A stretch of 18,078 bases of DNA, from contig JAUQVK010000043.1 of assembly GCA_039794845.1 (NCBI GenBank), forward strand, positions 1-18,078. The letters run 5' to 3'. The notes under the pieces are model-generated. The model was not told the origin of the DNA and did no database searches. It was given only the letters and a program-made list of their open reading frames with translations. Position 1 is the first letter of the stretch. Each line of letters opens with the position of its first letter. The DNA is from Thermostichus sp. DRC_bins_24 (GTDB lineage: Bacteria; Cyanobacteriota; Cyanobacteriia; Thermostichales; Thermostichaceae). Positions 16,649-18,078 of this stretch are shown piece by piece. Both the position numbers and the translations under genes were made by a program.

Positions 16649-17224
16649 GTGGTCACGAAAGGGTTACATATCGTTGTTTGGCGGTTCGTTTGGCGCTGGT
16701 TGAGCCTCGTGGGATTGCTGGTGGGTCTCGGTGCCGCTCAGCCTGCTTGGGCTCAGTGGGGCACCACACCCCTACCGCAGATTGGTTTTCCTGCGCCGGA
16801 GTTTCGGTTGCTGGATCAGTCGGGGAAATGGCGTCAACTGGCCGATTTTCGGGGGGACTGGGTGGTGCTGTACTTCTATCCTCGTGACTTCACCTCAGGT
16901 TGCACCCTCGAAGCCCGCCGTTTTCAGCAGGATCTGCCCAAGTTCCGGGCGATGGGGGCACAAATCGTGGGCATCAGTGCCGACTCGGTAGACTCCCACG
17001 AGCGGTTCTGTTCGGCAGAAGGGCTACAGTTTCCGCTGTTATCGGATCCCGAGGGGCAGGTGAGTCAAGCTTATGGCTCTTGGATGGGGGATGCGGCGTT
17101 GCGCAATACCTTTCTGATCGATCGAGAAGGAATCCTGCGGGAGATCGACCCGATTGTGCATCCTTCTCGGCACAGCGCTGAAGTGCTGACTCAACTACGG
17201 CAGCTTATGAGTGATTACGGTTGA
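16649..17224 (+). CDS. bcp: Peroxiredoxin Q / BCP family with N-terminal signal-like peptide
   Basis: YFYPRDFTSGCTLEA (PxxxTxxC), GISADSVDSHERFC, RNTFLID. Hydrophobic leader ending PAWA. Confidence 0.9.
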   Translation: MVTKGLHIVVWRFVWRWLSLVGLLVGLGAAQPAWAQWGTTPLPQIGFPAPEFRLLDQSGKWRQLADFRGDWVVLYFYPRDFTSGCTLEARRFQQDLPKFRAMGAQIVGISADSVDSHERFCSAEGLQFPLLSDPEGQVSQAYGSWMGDAALRNTFLIDREGILREIDPIVHPSRHSAEVLTQLRQLMSDYG

Positions 17225-17410
17225 TCAGCTTTGGGGGCCAAAGGTTTGGTCAAACTCGTAGAGCAGCTCGTCGATCTCTTCTAGGGCTTGGTTCACATCC
17301 ACTCGCAAGCTGCCTAAACCTGGCTTTTCCAGCAGCTTAGCCACCGCCGGCCGGCGCTCACGGATGAGTCTGATGCGGTCTTTCAACGCAGCGATTTCGG
17401 CAGCATCCAT
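17225..17410 (-). CDS. Small conserved-looking cyanobacterial hypothetical protein (61 aa)
   Basis: MDAAEIAALKDRI...LGSLRVDVNQALEEIDELLYEFDQTF is helical-hairpin-like. ATG at 17410; converges with bcp. Confidence 0.7.
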   Translation of the reverse strand: MDAAEIAALKDRIRLIRERRPAVAKLLEKPGLGSLRVDVNQALEEIDELLYEFDQTFGPQS

Positions 17411-17478
17411 AACTCGAGCACGATTCTTCACTCCCAAAGCTTAGCGCAGGAGCGGCTTTACAAGCACCTGCGAAATTG

Positions 17479-17538
17479 CTGCCCTTGCGGGAGTGTTCTC
17501 CGCCAGAGCTTGTGCCTGCTGCACGCTGCGCTACGGGG
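17479..17538 (+). mobile_element. Eroded left arm of MITE family A (copy 4), ending shortly before the IS200/IS605 element
   Basis: CTGCCCTTGCGGGAGTGTTCTCCGCCAGAGCTTGTGCCTGCTGC matches copy 1 at 33/44 nt ungapped. Confidence 0.55.
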
Positions 17539-17558
17539 AGCGGTGACCCTCCGGTCAG

Positions 17559-18078
17559 TCCCGCCCTCTACCCCCTAGAGTCAGCGTCGGGATACATGGA
17601 CTCCCCGCGCTTGTCGATTCCCCTACATGGGCAGGAGACATCCATTCACCGTTCAGTCTGGCGAGCGGTAGAACACAGCTACGCTGACCATGAACTACAC
17701 CTATCGCATCTATTCGAATCCATCCCGATGCCCCACAGCAGAGTCCTCTGCGGTCGGGGCTTGAACCGTGCAGAGGCCTGTATAACGAAGCAATTCCCGC
17801 ATTGGGGCAAGGTGCATTCCCAGGTGTTGCAGACCACAATTCGTAGAGTGCACGATACTCGGGAGGCGTTTCAGAAACGGGGACACGGGTTCCCCCGCTT
17901 CAAAAAGTTCGGTCAATTCCGGTCATTGGTGTTTCCTCAGTTCAGGAATCATCCCATCAGCGGCCACGCTATCAAGCTGCCAAAGATAGGTGAAGTGCCT
18001 ATCAACCGGCATCGCCCCATTCCTGACGGGTTCAAGGTGAAGCAGGTGGGGGTATTGTCTAAGGTGAGAGGTACGCAA
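17559..18078 (+). mobile_element. tnpB: IS200/IS605-family element: end hairpin plus degenerate tnpB, running off the window
   Basis: Hairpin TCCCG..CTCTA/TAGAG..CGGGA at 17559-17592. (T)LTMNYTYRIY from 17681, frameshift to PDAPQQ...CRGLYN, then KVHSQVLQTTIRR...GFPRFKK...IKLPKIG...HRPIPDGF, all TnpB motifs. No tnpA seen. Confidence 0.85.

Noticed and set aside
1..18078. CRISPR array
   Set aside because: No regularly spaced repeats with unique spacers were seen.

Overview
Cyanobacterial chromosomal window. The abundant GGGATCCC palindrome and the gene set suggest a thermophilic Thermostichus / Synechococcus OS-type organism (inference). Bases 1-2397 look like the right end of an AT-richer genomic island ending at a duplicated 3' piece of a tRNA-Pro gene. 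The island end holds a polymorphic-toxin array: an EndoU (MafB-CT-like) RNase toxin C-terminus, a MafI-like immunity gene and a broken HNH/colicin-DNase-type cassette. It is interrupted by two kinds of miniature transposon and an ISAs1 fragment. The rest is mostly core genome: rarA, an MshEN-like protein, chlB, a Mo-nitro_C protein, MPBQ/MSBQ methyltransferase, tamB, a STAS protein, cobI, a GNAT, bcp/PrxQ and a small hypothetical. Items missing from the ORF track are a probable AtpTheta (atpT) micro-protein, a probable 6S RNA with terminator, two further degenerate copies of the TA-targeting MITE and a decayed IS200/IS605 tnpB at the right edge. All family calls come from motif recognition, not database searches.
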